Source: a bacterium
Lineage (GTDB): Bacteria > Patescibacteriota > Patescibacteriia > JBAXGH01
Reading direction: 5' to 3'
DNA: 64,000 nucleotides
NCBI GenBank assembly: GCA_037139515.1
Contig: JBAXGH010000003.1
Location: 12,800 to 76,799, forward strand
Position numbers and translations under genes: made by a program
Notes under the pieces: model-generated
Seen by the model: the letters and a program-made list of their open reading frames with translations, nothing else
Databases searched by the model: none
What the model was told of the DNA's origin: nothing
In this document: positions 28,031 to 37,448 of the stretch, in pieces
Layout: every line of letters starts with the position of its first letter
How positions within the stretch are numbered: the first letter of the stretch is position 1

Positions 28031-29084
28031 TAATACCGCCACCCAGCACCTTTTCGCCTTCGTAGCAGACGACCGACTGTCCGACAGCTGGAGCCCACTC
28101 CGGCTCGTCAAAAACGATTCGATCTTTGAAGAGCGTGGCTGGCGCTAGCGGTTCGCGATAACGAATTCGCGCTTCGACCCGCATCCCATCATGAACGGCG
28201 CATAACCAGTGCTCATCAGCAATCCGAATCTCGCGTTTCAAGAGCGCGGGATCTTTTTTATCATCGGTAACCTTAATCGTATTCGTTGAGACATCACGGC
28301 CGCAAATATAATATTCGTGTTCAATTCCTAAATTCAAACCATGTCTTTGGCCAATCGTATAATATTGAACGCCATCATGTGTTCCGATAATTTTTCCGTT
28401 CATATCGATCACATTCCCCTGTTTTGGCTTGATACGAGTGGCTAAAAAATCATGCATTTTTACTTTTCCAACAAAACACAAACCCTGAGAATCTTTTTTC
28501 TCGGCGTTTGGTAGATCAGCTCGACGCGCAACTTCACGTAACTCAGGCTTGGTTAAATGACCAATCGGAAACAGGGTTTCGCGCAAAACTTCAGGCTTGA
28601 TGCGATATAGAAAATATGTCTGATCTTTATTCTGGTCGACAACTTTCATCAAATTCCCGTTTTTTGCCTGCGCATAGTGGCCCGTCGCAATAAAATCAGC
28701 ACCTAAACGCTTAGCCTCTTTATAAAAGGCATCAAACTTGATTTTTTCATTGCACATCACGTCCGGATTCGGAGTGTGGCCTCGGGAATACTCTCGGTCC
28801 ATGTATTCCACAACATCGCGCTGGTATTCGGCCTCGAAATCGAAAGTTAAGAACGGAATACCGAGCTTTGCTGCGACGCGCTCGGCGTCACGGCGTTCAC
28901 CGCGCCATTCGCACTCGCCGTTCGCATTTTTGGTTTCAGACCAGTTTTTCATGAAAACGCCGGTGACGTCATAACCTGCTTCGACCAATAAAAAAGCTGC
29001 AACGGAGCTATCAACTCCGCCGCTCATCGCCACAAAAACTTTTTGTTTATTTTCCGCCATCGATTTTTCGTGAATATTTTGCAT
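28020..29084 (-). CDS. mnmA: tRNA-specific 2-thiouridylase MnmA
   Basis: PP-loop VAMSGGVDSSVAA, catalytic Cys region (GLCFVGKV), and full-length MnmA similarity. The true start is probably the internal MAENKQK... (about 29060). Confidence 0.9.
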   Translation of the reverse strand: MQNIHEKSMAENKQKVFVAMSGGVDSSVAAFLLVEAGYDVTGVFMKNWSETKNANGECEWRGERRDAERVAAKLGIPFLTFDFEAEYQRDVVEYMDREYSRGHTPNPDVMCNEKIKFDAFYKEAKRLGADFIATGHYAQAKNGNLMKVVDQNKDQTYFLYRIKPEVLRETLFPIGHLTKPELREVARRADLPNAEKKDSQGLCFVGKVKMHDFLATRIKPKQGNVIDMNGKIIGTHDGVQYYTIGQRHGLNLGIEHEYYICGRDVSTNTIKVTDDKKDPALLKREIRIADEHWLCAVHDGMRVEARIRYREPLAPATLFKDRIVFDEPEWAPAVGQSVVCYEGEKVLGGGIITE

Positions 29085-30381
29085 TACAAGCAGCCTCTAT
29101 TGCTACGCGCTCACTCGCCCATTTTGGCTTATCGACACCAAGCGTAGAAGCTGAAAACGGATCGAAACGACGTCCTTTGATCGAAAGCTTAATATAGAAT
29201 TCCTGAGCCGGGAGATTAATCATGTCACGTAATTCAACCTGCGGCGAAAATTCTTTTTCAAGAAAAGCTGCATCTTCGGCGCTCACCTGGAAAGAAATCA
29301 AAGTCGCGACGTTTCCAAGCATCGAATGTTTGAGCGCCGGAGCGAGTTGCCCGAGATACTGATTTGAAGCCGTAATGCAGACACCATATCGACCAGCCTC
29401 GGAGAGAAGTGCAAGGAAAGAATCGGTTGCGACGTTCTGAAATTCATCAACGTAAAGATAATAATCCGCTCTCGTACCAGCCGCGTTCACACCACGGCGC
29501 AAAACTGCTCGCTTGAACATCGCGAGAAACAGCGAGCCAAAAATCGAGGCGTTGATATCGCCGAGCGCGCCTTTTGAAACCGTCACGAGCAAAATCTTGC
29601 CGTCACGAACTGCCGCTTCAATATCAATTTTGTTTTCGGCACCAGAAAATACGGCGTGCAAAGCCGGATGCGACAAAAACGATGTCAGCGTATTGATAAG
29701 CGCCGAAACCGCCGTACGATCTTCGGAAGTCGTCCAATTCACAAAATCATTCTGCCAAAAACGTTTGACCATGCCGTCCTGCACTACCTCCAATACCTTG
29801 GTTCGATATTCGGCGTTCGCGATAAAAGTCAAAAGATTCACAAAACTCGCTTCCGAATGGTCGAGGAGTGCGAGAAGCGCAAATCGAAGCAAATGCTCGG
29901 CGCGCGGATTCCACTGCGCTCCGAACAAACGAGAAAATACCTCTACAATGCCGGCGACCACGTGATGGCGCTCAGGAACAGGAATATTTGAAAGCGGATT
30001 CCAGGCGACAGGGTTTTTGTGATCAGAAGGATTCAAAACAATCACGTCGCCGATTCTTTCTTTGGGAATAAAATCAATCAAATCGTTAACCAGATCCCCG
30101 CTCGGATCGACAACGCAAATACCGTGACCATAATAAATATCGGAACGAATCAGATGTTCGAGCAATTTTGTCTTACCAACACCGGTTTTTCCGATGACAT
30201 ACATGTGGCGACGGCGATCCTCGCGCAAAACGCCAAAAACTTTGCGGTCATCACCAAGCCCGGCGCTTGAATTGGTCTCAGCGAAAAAACTGGCTTCGGC
30301 AGCCTCAGCGGCTTCCGGAGTTGGGATATTTTTCGGCGGCTCAACGTGACGAGCTATTTCCAGGTCATCAAACGATTCCAT
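29047..30381 (-). CDS. VirD4/TraG/TrwB-family (T4SS coupling-protein-like) P-loop ATPase without a transmembrane anchor
   Basis: Walker A VIGKTGVGKT and Walker B YLYVDEFQN. The T4CP-like SEAGRYGVCITASNQYLGQL block (R-x-Y-G ... Q-x-x-x-Q-L) is present, and the protein is paralogous to the upstream gene. Confidence 0.6.
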   Translation of the reverse strand: MESFDDLEIARHVEPPKNIPTPEAAEAAEASFFAETNSSAGLGDDRKVFGVLREDRRRHMYVIGKTGVGKTKLLEHLIRSDIYYGHGICVVDPSGDLVNDLIDFIPKERIGDVIVLNPSDHKNPVAWNPLSNIPVPERHHVVAGIVEVFSRLFGAQWNPRAEHLLRFALLALLDHSEASFVNLLTFIANAEYRTKVLEVVQDGMVKRFWQNDFVNWTTSEDRTAVSALINTLTSFLSHPALHAVFSGAENKIDIEAAVRDGKILLVTVSKGALGDINASIFGSLFLAMFKRAVLRRGVNAAGTRADYYLYVDEFQNVATDSFLALLSEAGRYGVCITASNQYLGQLAPALKHSMLGNVATLISFQVSAEDAAFLEKEFSPQVELRDMINLPAQEFYIKLSIKGRRFDPFSASTLGVDKPKWASERVAIEAACNAKYSRKIDGGK

Positions 30382-30415
30382 GAGACTTCAATTAGCCGAT
30401 TACGGCTTATTTATG

Positions 30416-32269
30416 TCACCACGGAAACACATTTGAGGACTTTTGTGAAGACTTGGCTGAAGTTTCAGGTTTTTTTGGTTCTGGAGCTGGGCTTTTTGGC
30501 GCAATTGCAGGGGTTTTTTCGTGAGGTACCGGTTTGTGGGCTACATGAGGCTTAGGAGCTGGAACCGGTTTTGCCGGAGCAGGCGCCTCGTCCTTTACGA
30601 TTCTAATCTTTCCACCAAACTCACCGTTTTGCCCTTTTGGGATAACTTTTAATGCCGGTTTTACATGAGAAACCGGTTTTGCAGGCAACGAAGATTTTAC
30701 CGGAGCTGCCACAGCTTTGCTCTCAACTTTCGCGGGCTTTGCGTCCTTCATTAGAGCCGACAATGAAACCGTTTCATTTGGCTTGGCTGGTTCCAGAGTC
30801 ACTTCGACACTTTCGATTCTTGGAGGTTTAACCGGAGTATGCGCAACGGGTGTTGGCTTCGTGAAGGCTGGAGCCGCATGCGCAACAGGAGTTGGCGGAT
30901 GTGGAATTGCAACAGGAGCTGCAGCAACAGGCTTAGCCGCCACAGGTCGCGACTCATCAACATAAGATTCGGACCACTGCACAATTTGCTTTTCAACCTC
31001 GGCACGATTCTTTGAATAAAGTCTACGACTTGTATTGATAATCAAATCCAAAAGTTCCGTACTCGGTTTGCCAAGCGGCGGAAGCGTATTTGCTGAAAAT
31101 GGCTTCGAAGTTACGCCGTCTATCAAAAGCTTCAGGTATATTTGATGATTTGGAATATTCACCAAATCTTCCGGCGTAAAGTCAGGCATGAATTCCGCTT
31201 CCATGAAAGTCGCATCATCAGTACCGACGCGGAAAGTCAGAATCGACCCGACATTGCCGAAGACCGCATCAGCAACTTCTTCTTCGAGCTGTTTGATGTA
31301 TTGATGTGCAACAATCAGATTTAAACGATACTTACGCGCCTCAGACAAGATATTTGCGAAAGATTCCGTGGCAAAGTTTTGGAACTCATCGACATACAGG
31401 TAAAAATCACGGCGATCAGCTTCCGGCATATCGACGCGTTCCATAGCCGCGAGCTGAATCTTCGTAATCAACATGCCGCCGAGAAGGCGTGAAGCATCTT
31501 CACCAATTCTGCCTTTGGAAAGGTTGATAACTACGATTTTTCCGGTATCCATGGCCTCGCGAATATCGAAAGTCGATTTCGTTTGCGCCACAATATTTCG
31601 GATAAGAGTCGACGACAAAAACTGTCCGACTTTATTCTGGATCGGAGCAATCGCCTCTTTTTGAAACTTCGGTTCCCAGCGTTCGAATTCATGAAGCCAA
31701 AATGATTTTACGACCGGATCCTTTACCGCGCTAATCACGATTCTTCGATAGTCTTTATCTGACAGCAAACGGTTGATACCGAGAAGGGTTGAATTCGGAT
31801 AATCCAAAAGCGCCAGAATACAGTTATTCATGATGTGTTCCATGCGGGCGCTCCAAACATCAGGCCAAATCTTCTTGAAAACGCCCATCAAACCGGCACC
31901 GATCAGGAATTTTTGTTCTTCTTTTTTCCATTCGAGCACATTGAACCCAACCGGATGCTCAATATCAGCCGGGTTCACGTAAATAACGTCATTCTTGCGC
32001 CATTCAGGCACGAAACCGATAATCTTTTCCGAGAAATCACCATGCGGATCGACGAGCGCCAAACCGTGACCGTTCTGAATATCCTGATACATCAGGTTTT
32101 CGAGCAGCGTAGTTTTTCCGGTGCCGCTTTTTCCGAGAACATACATGTGACGGCGACGATCTTCGGTCTTGATACCGAATCTGCGCAATTGATTACGAAA
32201 ATTAGTGGCCGCGAAAAGCGTTACTTCGTTCGGATGCACGTTCAGGTAATGATCTTTGAAATCCATCAT
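30416..32269 (-). CDS. VirD4/TraG/TrwB-family (T4CP-like) P-loop ATPase with a long Pro/Ala/Lys/Val-rich disordered C-terminal tail
   Basis: Walker A VLGKSGTGKT, Walker B FYLYVDEFQN, and SEARKYRLNLIVAHQYIKQL. The last ~170 aa are low-complexity PAxKPV repeats (coordinates about 30416-30950). Confidence 0.6.
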   Translation of the reverse strand: MMDFKDHYLNVHPNEVTLFAATNFRNQLRRFGIKTEDRRRHMYVLGKSGTGKTTLLENLMYQDIQNGHGLALVDPHGDFSEKIIGFVPEWRKNDVIYVNPADIEHPVGFNVLEWKKEEQKFLIGAGLMGVFKKIWPDVWSARMEHIMNNCILALLDYPNSTLLGINRLLSDKDYRRIVISAVKDPVVKSFWLHEFERWEPKFQKEAIAPIQNKVGQFLSSTLIRNIVAQTKSTFDIREAMDTGKIVVINLSKGRIGEDASRLLGGMLITKIQLAAMERVDMPEADRRDFYLYVDEFQNFATESFANILSEARKYRLNLIVAHQYIKQLEEEVADAVFGNVGSILTFRVGTDDATFMEAEFMPDFTPEDLVNIPNHQIYLKLLIDGVTSKPFSANTLPPLGKPSTELLDLIINTSRRLYSKNRAEVEKQIVQWSESYVDESRPVAAKPVAAAPVAIPHPPTPVAHAAPAFTKPTPVAHTPVKPPRIESVEVTLEPAKPNETVSLSALMKDAKPAKVESKAVAAPVKSSLPAKPVSHVKPALKVIPKGQNGEFGGKIRIVKDEAPAPAKPVPAPKPHVAHKPVPHEKTPAIAPKSPAPEPKKPETSAKSSQKSSNVFPW

Positions 32270-32275
32270 AGGTTT

Positions 32276-33835
32276 TTATACGAAAGGAAGATTTTCAGGG
32301 ACTTCTTGCGACGGTTCTTCGTGACCACCGTGGCCACCGCCATGTGATTCTTGTTTCGGTTCCGGAGATCCGTGCGCCGCCGCATCTTTAATCTGAGACG
32401 GGAAAAGCATATCTTCGCGGAACGGTACATTCGACGGCGGTTCTGAGCGCTTAGCCTCAATCTTGCGAAGCAAAGGCGACTTAATCAGCGCCGTCGGGAA
32501 ATGCCAAAGAGTCGCGAGTTCTTCCGTGCACATTATGTACGGCGCGGCGGCGGTTCCGATAGAACGTCCGCGGAAATTCGAGAACATATTCATGGTACGA
32601 ATCGGGGCCGGACGATAAAAACCAAACGTCAGATAATACGACCAGATTCCCTTGTGCCAAGAATAATCTGATTTTATCGCCGACGGCCAGTGACGCCCAA
32701 AACTGTTCAAGTTATGCGAAGCAAACCCAGCTAATGCCGCCGATAACTCGCTCAAACGCGCACCTCCCTTTCCGGCACCCTTGGGAGCAAGATAGGCCGC
32801 ACGCATCTTGGTCTTGAAGCCAACCTTAGATGCTTTCATCGAAAGGCCGTCGAGTGCTTCTTTTTCGAGTGGCGTAAAAGCCATTTTTACAGTTTTTTCG
32901 TCTTTTTTTACTTCTGATCCCTTCGCACCAAAAAATGTGTGAACTACAAGTTCCACCATATTATAGGCCTCGCTCACAAAAAGCTTGATGAGACCCGGAG
33001 CGTGTTTTTCTTCTTTAACAGGAATGCCAGCGATTTTTGCAATCAAGGCTTCAGAAGTCTTCTTCCATTCACTGTCAGCAGGTGTTATGGCGAGCTGAAA
33101 ACTCAATAGCTCACCCTGACCGAGTTTGTTCATGACTTCAATTACATGTGCGAGCGGATCCTTGAATTCACCAATCAGCTTATCCTCAAAAAAAGGCCAA
33201 GTTCTGATTGGATAATTATCTTTATTGGTCATGACAAACTCCGTTCCCGCCATGTCGTACTCCTCATTCGGCCATTTTCGCGGATAGGCATCAACATAGT
33301 CTTCGACCTGCTGGATTTCGGCAAGCGGATACTCGCTATAAACGGCAGCTTCCACCAAATCCCTAATTTTATCGCGACATCGAATATAGTAATGAATATG
33401 CCCCTCATGCGAGACAATTTCAAAAGACATTCGATTCGGTCCCCAGCCTTTAACATATTTCGGAATAAATTGAGGCTTTCCACCAGTACCCCAGACCATT
33501 GCGAAAATATTTTCAATAGCCTTTGGTGATTGTTCATTCAGGCGCGGAACTTCAACATTCAGCAAGATATAAGTTTGAGCGTGCTCCCACTTCTCTTCGA
33601 GCCATTCAACCCAAAGATGCTCAATCGTAACAATCGAAAATACCACTACGATTATCCAGCCGCCGTTCAAAAACAAAAACCAGCCGGCCGAAATTGGGTT
33701 CGTCGAATGAGCTGGCATCTCGTTTAAGACGCCCAATACGTGCTGGTACAGCGCATTTAAGAAATCTAGAATAAACATAGTTGACTCAAGACTTACGGCT
33801 AAAAATTGCGGTAAAACATTAAATTTATAACGCAT
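32276..33835 (-). CDS. Membrane-anchored hypothetical protein, first gene of the ATPase module
   Basis: N-terminal hydrophobic segment (GWFLFLNGGWIIVVVFSIVTI), a large soluble domain, and a Gly/His-rich C-terminus (HGGGHGGHEE). It ends 7 bp before the downstream ATPase gene. Confidence 0.45.
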   Translation of the reverse strand: MRYKFNVLPQFLAVSLESTMFILDFLNALYQHVLGVLNEMPAHSTNPISAGWFLFLNGGWIIVVVFSIVTIEHLWVEWLEEKWEHAQTYILLNVEVPRLNEQSPKAIENIFAMVWGTGGKPQFIPKYVKGWGPNRMSFEIVSHEGHIHYYIRCRDKIRDLVEAAVYSEYPLAEIQQVEDYVDAYPRKWPNEEYDMAGTEFVMTNKDNYPIRTWPFFEDKLIGEFKDPLAHVIEVMNKLGQGELLSFQLAITPADSEWKKTSEALIAKIAGIPVKEEKHAPGLIKLFVSEAYNMVELVVHTFFGAKGSEVKKDEKTVKMAFTPLEKEALDGLSMKASKVGFKTKMRAAYLAPKGAGKGGARLSELSAALAGFASHNLNSFGRHWPSAIKSDYSWHKGIWSYYLTFGFYRPAPIRTMNMFSNFRGRSIGTAAAPYIMCTEELATLWHFPTALIKSPLLRKIEAKRSEPPSNVPFREDMLFPSQIKDAAAHGSPEPKQESHGGGHGGHEEPSQEVPENLPFV

Positions 33836-33922
33836 TTATTATAGCACACGCAAAAACGGAAAAATATCACCGCTTGACTGCGGACTGATTTTTAGCTTAT
33901 ATTGCTAATCAAGGAGGCCATA

Positions 33923-34366
33923 ATGTCAGGGGAAAAGAAGCTTTCCGACGTACCCGTCATCATCAACAAAGTTCCGAAAAATGGTTCAAAGACAGCCCAT
34001 GAAGCATTGGAGCGCGTTCTCGATACCTTTGCGTGCTCGATTGATAGACATGGTGTGCATTGGATCGCGAAGCCCGAACACGCCGCGCGAAAGAATGAGC
34101 ACGGCACTATCTCAACGCTCTACATCAAGCTACACGCATTGCATCGCGGTCACGCAGTGCGCTATGTCTTCGATGAAAGCGGAAAAGCAGAACTCTGCAC
34201 GAGGTCCGGACCTCAAATCCAGTTCTCTTGGCTTGAGGCACTGGAGCATGCCCGCAAGATCATCTGCGACGAGCTCCGCAGTACCAAGATTGAAGAAGGG
34301 CAAGAGCCGAACACCGAAGATCGCCTTCTCGAGCTCAGAAAGTTCGAGGACATGCAATTCATCTAG
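33923..34366 (+). CDS. Hypothetical protein
   Basis: AAGGAGG Shine-Dalgarno upstream of an ATG at 33923 (the track ORF begins earlier, at 33902). No homology recognised; followed by an intrinsic terminator. Confidence 0.4.
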   Translation: MSGEKKLSDVPVIINKVPKNGSKTAHEALERVLDTFACSIDRHGVHWIAKPEHAARKNEHGTISTLYIKLHALHRGHAVRYVFDESGKAELCTRSGPQIQFSWLEALEHARKIICDELRSTKIEEGQEPNTEDRLLELRKFEDMQFI

Positions 34367-34388
34367 AAGCACCTTGCCCGCAAACCAA

Positions 34389-34425
34389 ACACCGCTGACC
34401 CAATCGGGACAGCGGTGCTTTTTTA
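34389..34425 (+). terminator. Rho-independent terminator
   Basis: CACCGCTG-acccaatcggga-CAGCGGTG followed by CTTTTTTAT. Confidence 0.6.
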
Positions 34426-34439
34426 TCGTGTGATTTGTA

Positions 34440-35342
34440 CTAACGCTTTTTCTGCCAATCGACAATGAGAGGAGTTGCAAGGAAGATAGATGAATATGTA
34501 CCGGATGCGGCGCCGATGATAAGCGCGAGTGCGAACGACTTGGTTGAATCTCCGCCGAACAGGAAAATAGCAACGAGAGACAAGATGACAGTCATCGAAG
34601 TGTTGATGGAACGAACCGCCGTTTGGCGAATCGAAACGTCGACAATTTCGGCGACGGTACCGGAAGTCTTGGTCATGTTTTCGCGAACACGGTCGAATAC
34701 CACGATGGTATCATTAATCGAATAACCAAGAATCGTAAGGATTGCAGCCACGAATGCGCCGGTAACTTCAAGGTTAGTATAGTGGCCGAGAACCGCAAAG
34801 ACGCCGATTGGAATAATGGCATCATGAACGCCGGCTAAAACCACGAGCACACCATATTTCCAGGCTTCGATACGACCACTCACCTTTCGGAAAGCCCAGG
34901 CGATATACAGACAGATGAGGAGAAGCGTAAAGAAGACGGCCCAAAGTGCCTTGGAACGAAGTTCGGCACTAATCGAAGGTCCGACGGTTTCAAAACGGAC
35001 TTCATTCGAATCCGTCCACTGCTTTTTGATGGCAGCCGTAAGAGCGGCGTGCTTAGTCGAATCAAGTTCGGCCGTTCTAAGAATAACTCCTCTTTCGGTC
35101 GTAACGATGCCAGCATCAACGCCAACCGTCTTGGCAGCAGCAACAACTTCGCTCGAAATCGGGGAATTCGCCATTGAATACTCAACGAGCGAGCCGCCGG
35201 TAAATTCGATGCCGAGCTTAAGTCCCCAGGTCATGAAAGCGAAAATCGAAAGCACTACGGCGATTCCGGAAAGGGCGTACCAATATTTTCTGATCGTAAC
35301 TACGTTCATAGAAGTTATTTTTTCTTGGCGCCGTAGAGCCAT
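34440..35342 (-). CDS. secF: Protein-export membrane protein SecF
   Basis: Six-TM SecF with the characteristic GIEFTGG block near the N-terminal periplasmic loop; overlaps secD. Confidence 0.9.
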   Translation of the reverse strand: MALRRQEKITSMNVVTIRKYWYALSGIAVVLSIFAFMTWGLKLGIEFTGGSLVEYSMANSPISSEVVAAAKTVGVDAGIVTTERGVILRTAELDSTKHAALTAAIKKQWTDSNEVRFETVGPSISAELRSKALWAVFFTLLLICLYIAWAFRKVSGRIEAWKYGVLVVLAGVHDAIIPIGVFAVLGHYTNLEVTGAFVAAILTILGYSINDTIVVFDRVRENMTKTSGTVAEIVDVSIRQTAVRSINTSMTVILSLVAIFLFGGDSTKSFALALIIGAASGTYSSIFLATPLIVDWQKKR

Positions 35343-37345
35343 TCTTTTTTAGCGAATTCGAAGCCGGAAACGAAGCGGAGAATTGAACGGGTCACGGTAA
35401 TCGCCGAGAACATCGAAACGATAACACCGATTGCGAGCGTCAGAGCGAAACCCTTAATAACCGAGGAGGTGAAATAGAAGAGCACAAAAGCGGCAAAGAG
35501 AGTTGTGATGTTGCCGTCCCAAATACTCGACCAAGCACGGTTGAAGCCTTCGTCGATTGCGCTAAGCAACGATCGTCCGAGACGCAATTCCTCGCGCATA
35601 CGCTCGAAAATCAACACGTTTGCATCGACTGCCATACCTACGGTTACAACGAAACCAGCAATACCGGAAAGCGAAAGCGTAACCGGGAAAAGTTTATAGA
35701 TGGCGAGCACAACGCTCGTATAGAAGAGAAGCGAGATGACCGAAATCACACCCGGCAAGCGATAGAAAAGAATCATGAAGAGTGCGACGAGCAGGAACGC
35801 AACAGTCGCAGCCTTCATCGACTTTTCCAAATCGGCGGCACCGAGCGTCGGACCGATTGTCGATTGCGAAACCAGCTTAATCGGCACCGGCAAGGCACCG
35901 GCGTTCAAGCGACGTGCCAAAGTCTTCGCGGTTTCGATCGAGAAGTTGCCGGTAATTTGCGCTGATCCGCCATCGATTTCTTGCTGGACAACAGGGGCAC
36001 TGATTTCTTTTCCGTCCAGGAAAATCGCAATCTGTTTACCGACCCAAGCTTTCGTGAGTTCGGCGAATTTCTTTCCACCTTCAGCTGAGAACTTCAAAGA
36101 AACCTGAGGTTCGCCGGTACGAGAATCAAACTGAACCGTAGCGGATTCCAAATCCTTACCGGAAAGATTGGTATTTTCCCAAGGGTCGGACGCGTTAATA
36201 ATGCCTGCCGTTTTCGCGATTTTAATAACAGATAATTTATATTCAGGCAAAATCACGTTCGGGCGTGAACCGGACTTCAAAATCAGGTGATAACCAAAAT
36301 CGGTAAGAACCGGTTCTTTAGTGATGGTATTCACGTACATCGGGCGAACCGCGGTTGCGAACGAATCAACCATTGTAACCGGGAAGAACCAACCCAAGCT
36401 TCCACCGGAATTAACAGCGCCTGGCTCGGTTGAGTTTTCAGAAGCAAACTTGGCAAAATTTGCCGGTGTGAGCTGTGGAACCAAAGCTTTAATCTTCGCG
36501 TAAGCTTCTTCCTTGGTTGTTTCTTTATCGCAATTCGAGGCGCCCTTGAAACAAATCAAGATATGCGAAGCCTGAACCTCGCGCTCGGTGCGTCGGATAT
36601 CATCAACCTTAACAATCCAATACGCATCTTTAGTTTCGATGAGCTTCGGCATGAGCTCGCCCTTCCAAGCGTTCTGACTCGTGATTTCCTGAACAACTTC
36701 GGAATAGGCCGCGGTCATTTTATTTACGAATACTGTCTCACCACCCTTTTCTTTGGTGGCCGCGTCTTCGGAAACTTCTTTAGCAACCGTCGCAAAAACT
36801 TCACGCTTTACTTTTACGCGATCCAAAGCGGCTTCAGCTTTTTTGAGAGAAGCAGCGTTAGCTTCGTCAGTCGCCTTTTTATCAATCTGTGCATCCGGTG
36901 ACTTCGGTGTCTTGAATTCCAAAACCGGAGTTTCGCCAATTTGCTTAATAGCTGATTCAACATCGGAAACACCAGCGAGTTCTACATTAATACGCGAAAC
37001 GCCACCGGCTGAAGCCGTTTCAACAAGAGGTTCAGCGACGCCAAAAGCATTCACACGACGTTCGATAACGTCTCGGGTACCGAGAAGAGCTTCGGTTTGA
37101 TCCTTAGAAGGAATTTTTGAAAGGTCAGCTTCGTAAATCAAATTCGCGCCACCCTTCAAGTCTAAGCCGAGACGAAATGGCACGTCCCAATAATCACTGA
37201 TTCCGAGATGAGCCGAGCGAGCCGCGCCGGCCATAACATTCCAAGCTTTCGGATAATTCAAAAAACCTGTGAATAAAAACACCACTACAAGTGCACCGAG
37301 GGTCATGTATAACTTCCGGCGTGAGGACGTTTGCGGCTGGGCCAT
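35315..37345 (-). CDS. secD: Protein-export membrane protein SecD carrying an inserted parvulin-type (PpiC) peptidyl-prolyl isomerase domain
   Basis: SecD blocks are present (LGLDLKGGANLIYEADL, and the C-terminal SecDF TM bundle with AVDANVLIFERMREE). In the periplasmic region there is a PpiC/parvulin signature: ASHILICFKG ... GGSLGWFFPVTMVDSFATAV ... GYHLILK. Confidence 0.85.
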   Translation of the reverse strand: MAQPQTSSRRKLYMTLGALVVVFLFTGFLNYPKAWNVMAGAARSAHLGISDYWDVPFRLGLDLKGGANLIYEADLSKIPSKDQTEALLGTRDVIERRVNAFGVAEPLVETASAGGVSRINVELAGVSDVESAIKQIGETPVLEFKTPKSPDAQIDKKATDEANAASLKKAEAALDRVKVKREVFATVAKEVSEDAATKEKGGETVFVNKMTAAYSEVVQEITSQNAWKGELMPKLIETKDAYWIVKVDDIRRTEREVQASHILICFKGASNCDKETTKEEAYAKIKALVPQLTPANFAKFASENSTEPGAVNSGGSLGWFFPVTMVDSFATAVRPMYVNTITKEPVLTDFGYHLILKSGSRPNVILPEYKLSVIKIAKTAGIINASDPWENTNLSGKDLESATVQFDSRTGEPQVSLKFSAEGGKKFAELTKAWVGKQIAIFLDGKEISAPVVQQEIDGGSAQITGNFSIETAKTLARRLNAGALPVPIKLVSQSTIGPTLGAADLEKSMKAATVAFLLVALFMILFYRLPGVISVISLLFYTSVVLAIYKLFPVTLSLSGIAGFVVTVGMAVDANVLIFERMREELRLGRSLLSAIDEGFNRAWSSIWDGNITTLFAAFVLFYFTSSVIKGFALTLAIGVIVSMFSAITVTRSILRFVSGFEFAKKEWLYGAKKK

Positions 37346-37448
37346 AGAGATTATTCAGCAAATACGGGCCTTTTTAAGATGGGCACAGTATAGTGATTGA
37401 AAAGCAAAAAGGCAAATTACCTTTCGGGCAATACGCGAGCGCTGATTT

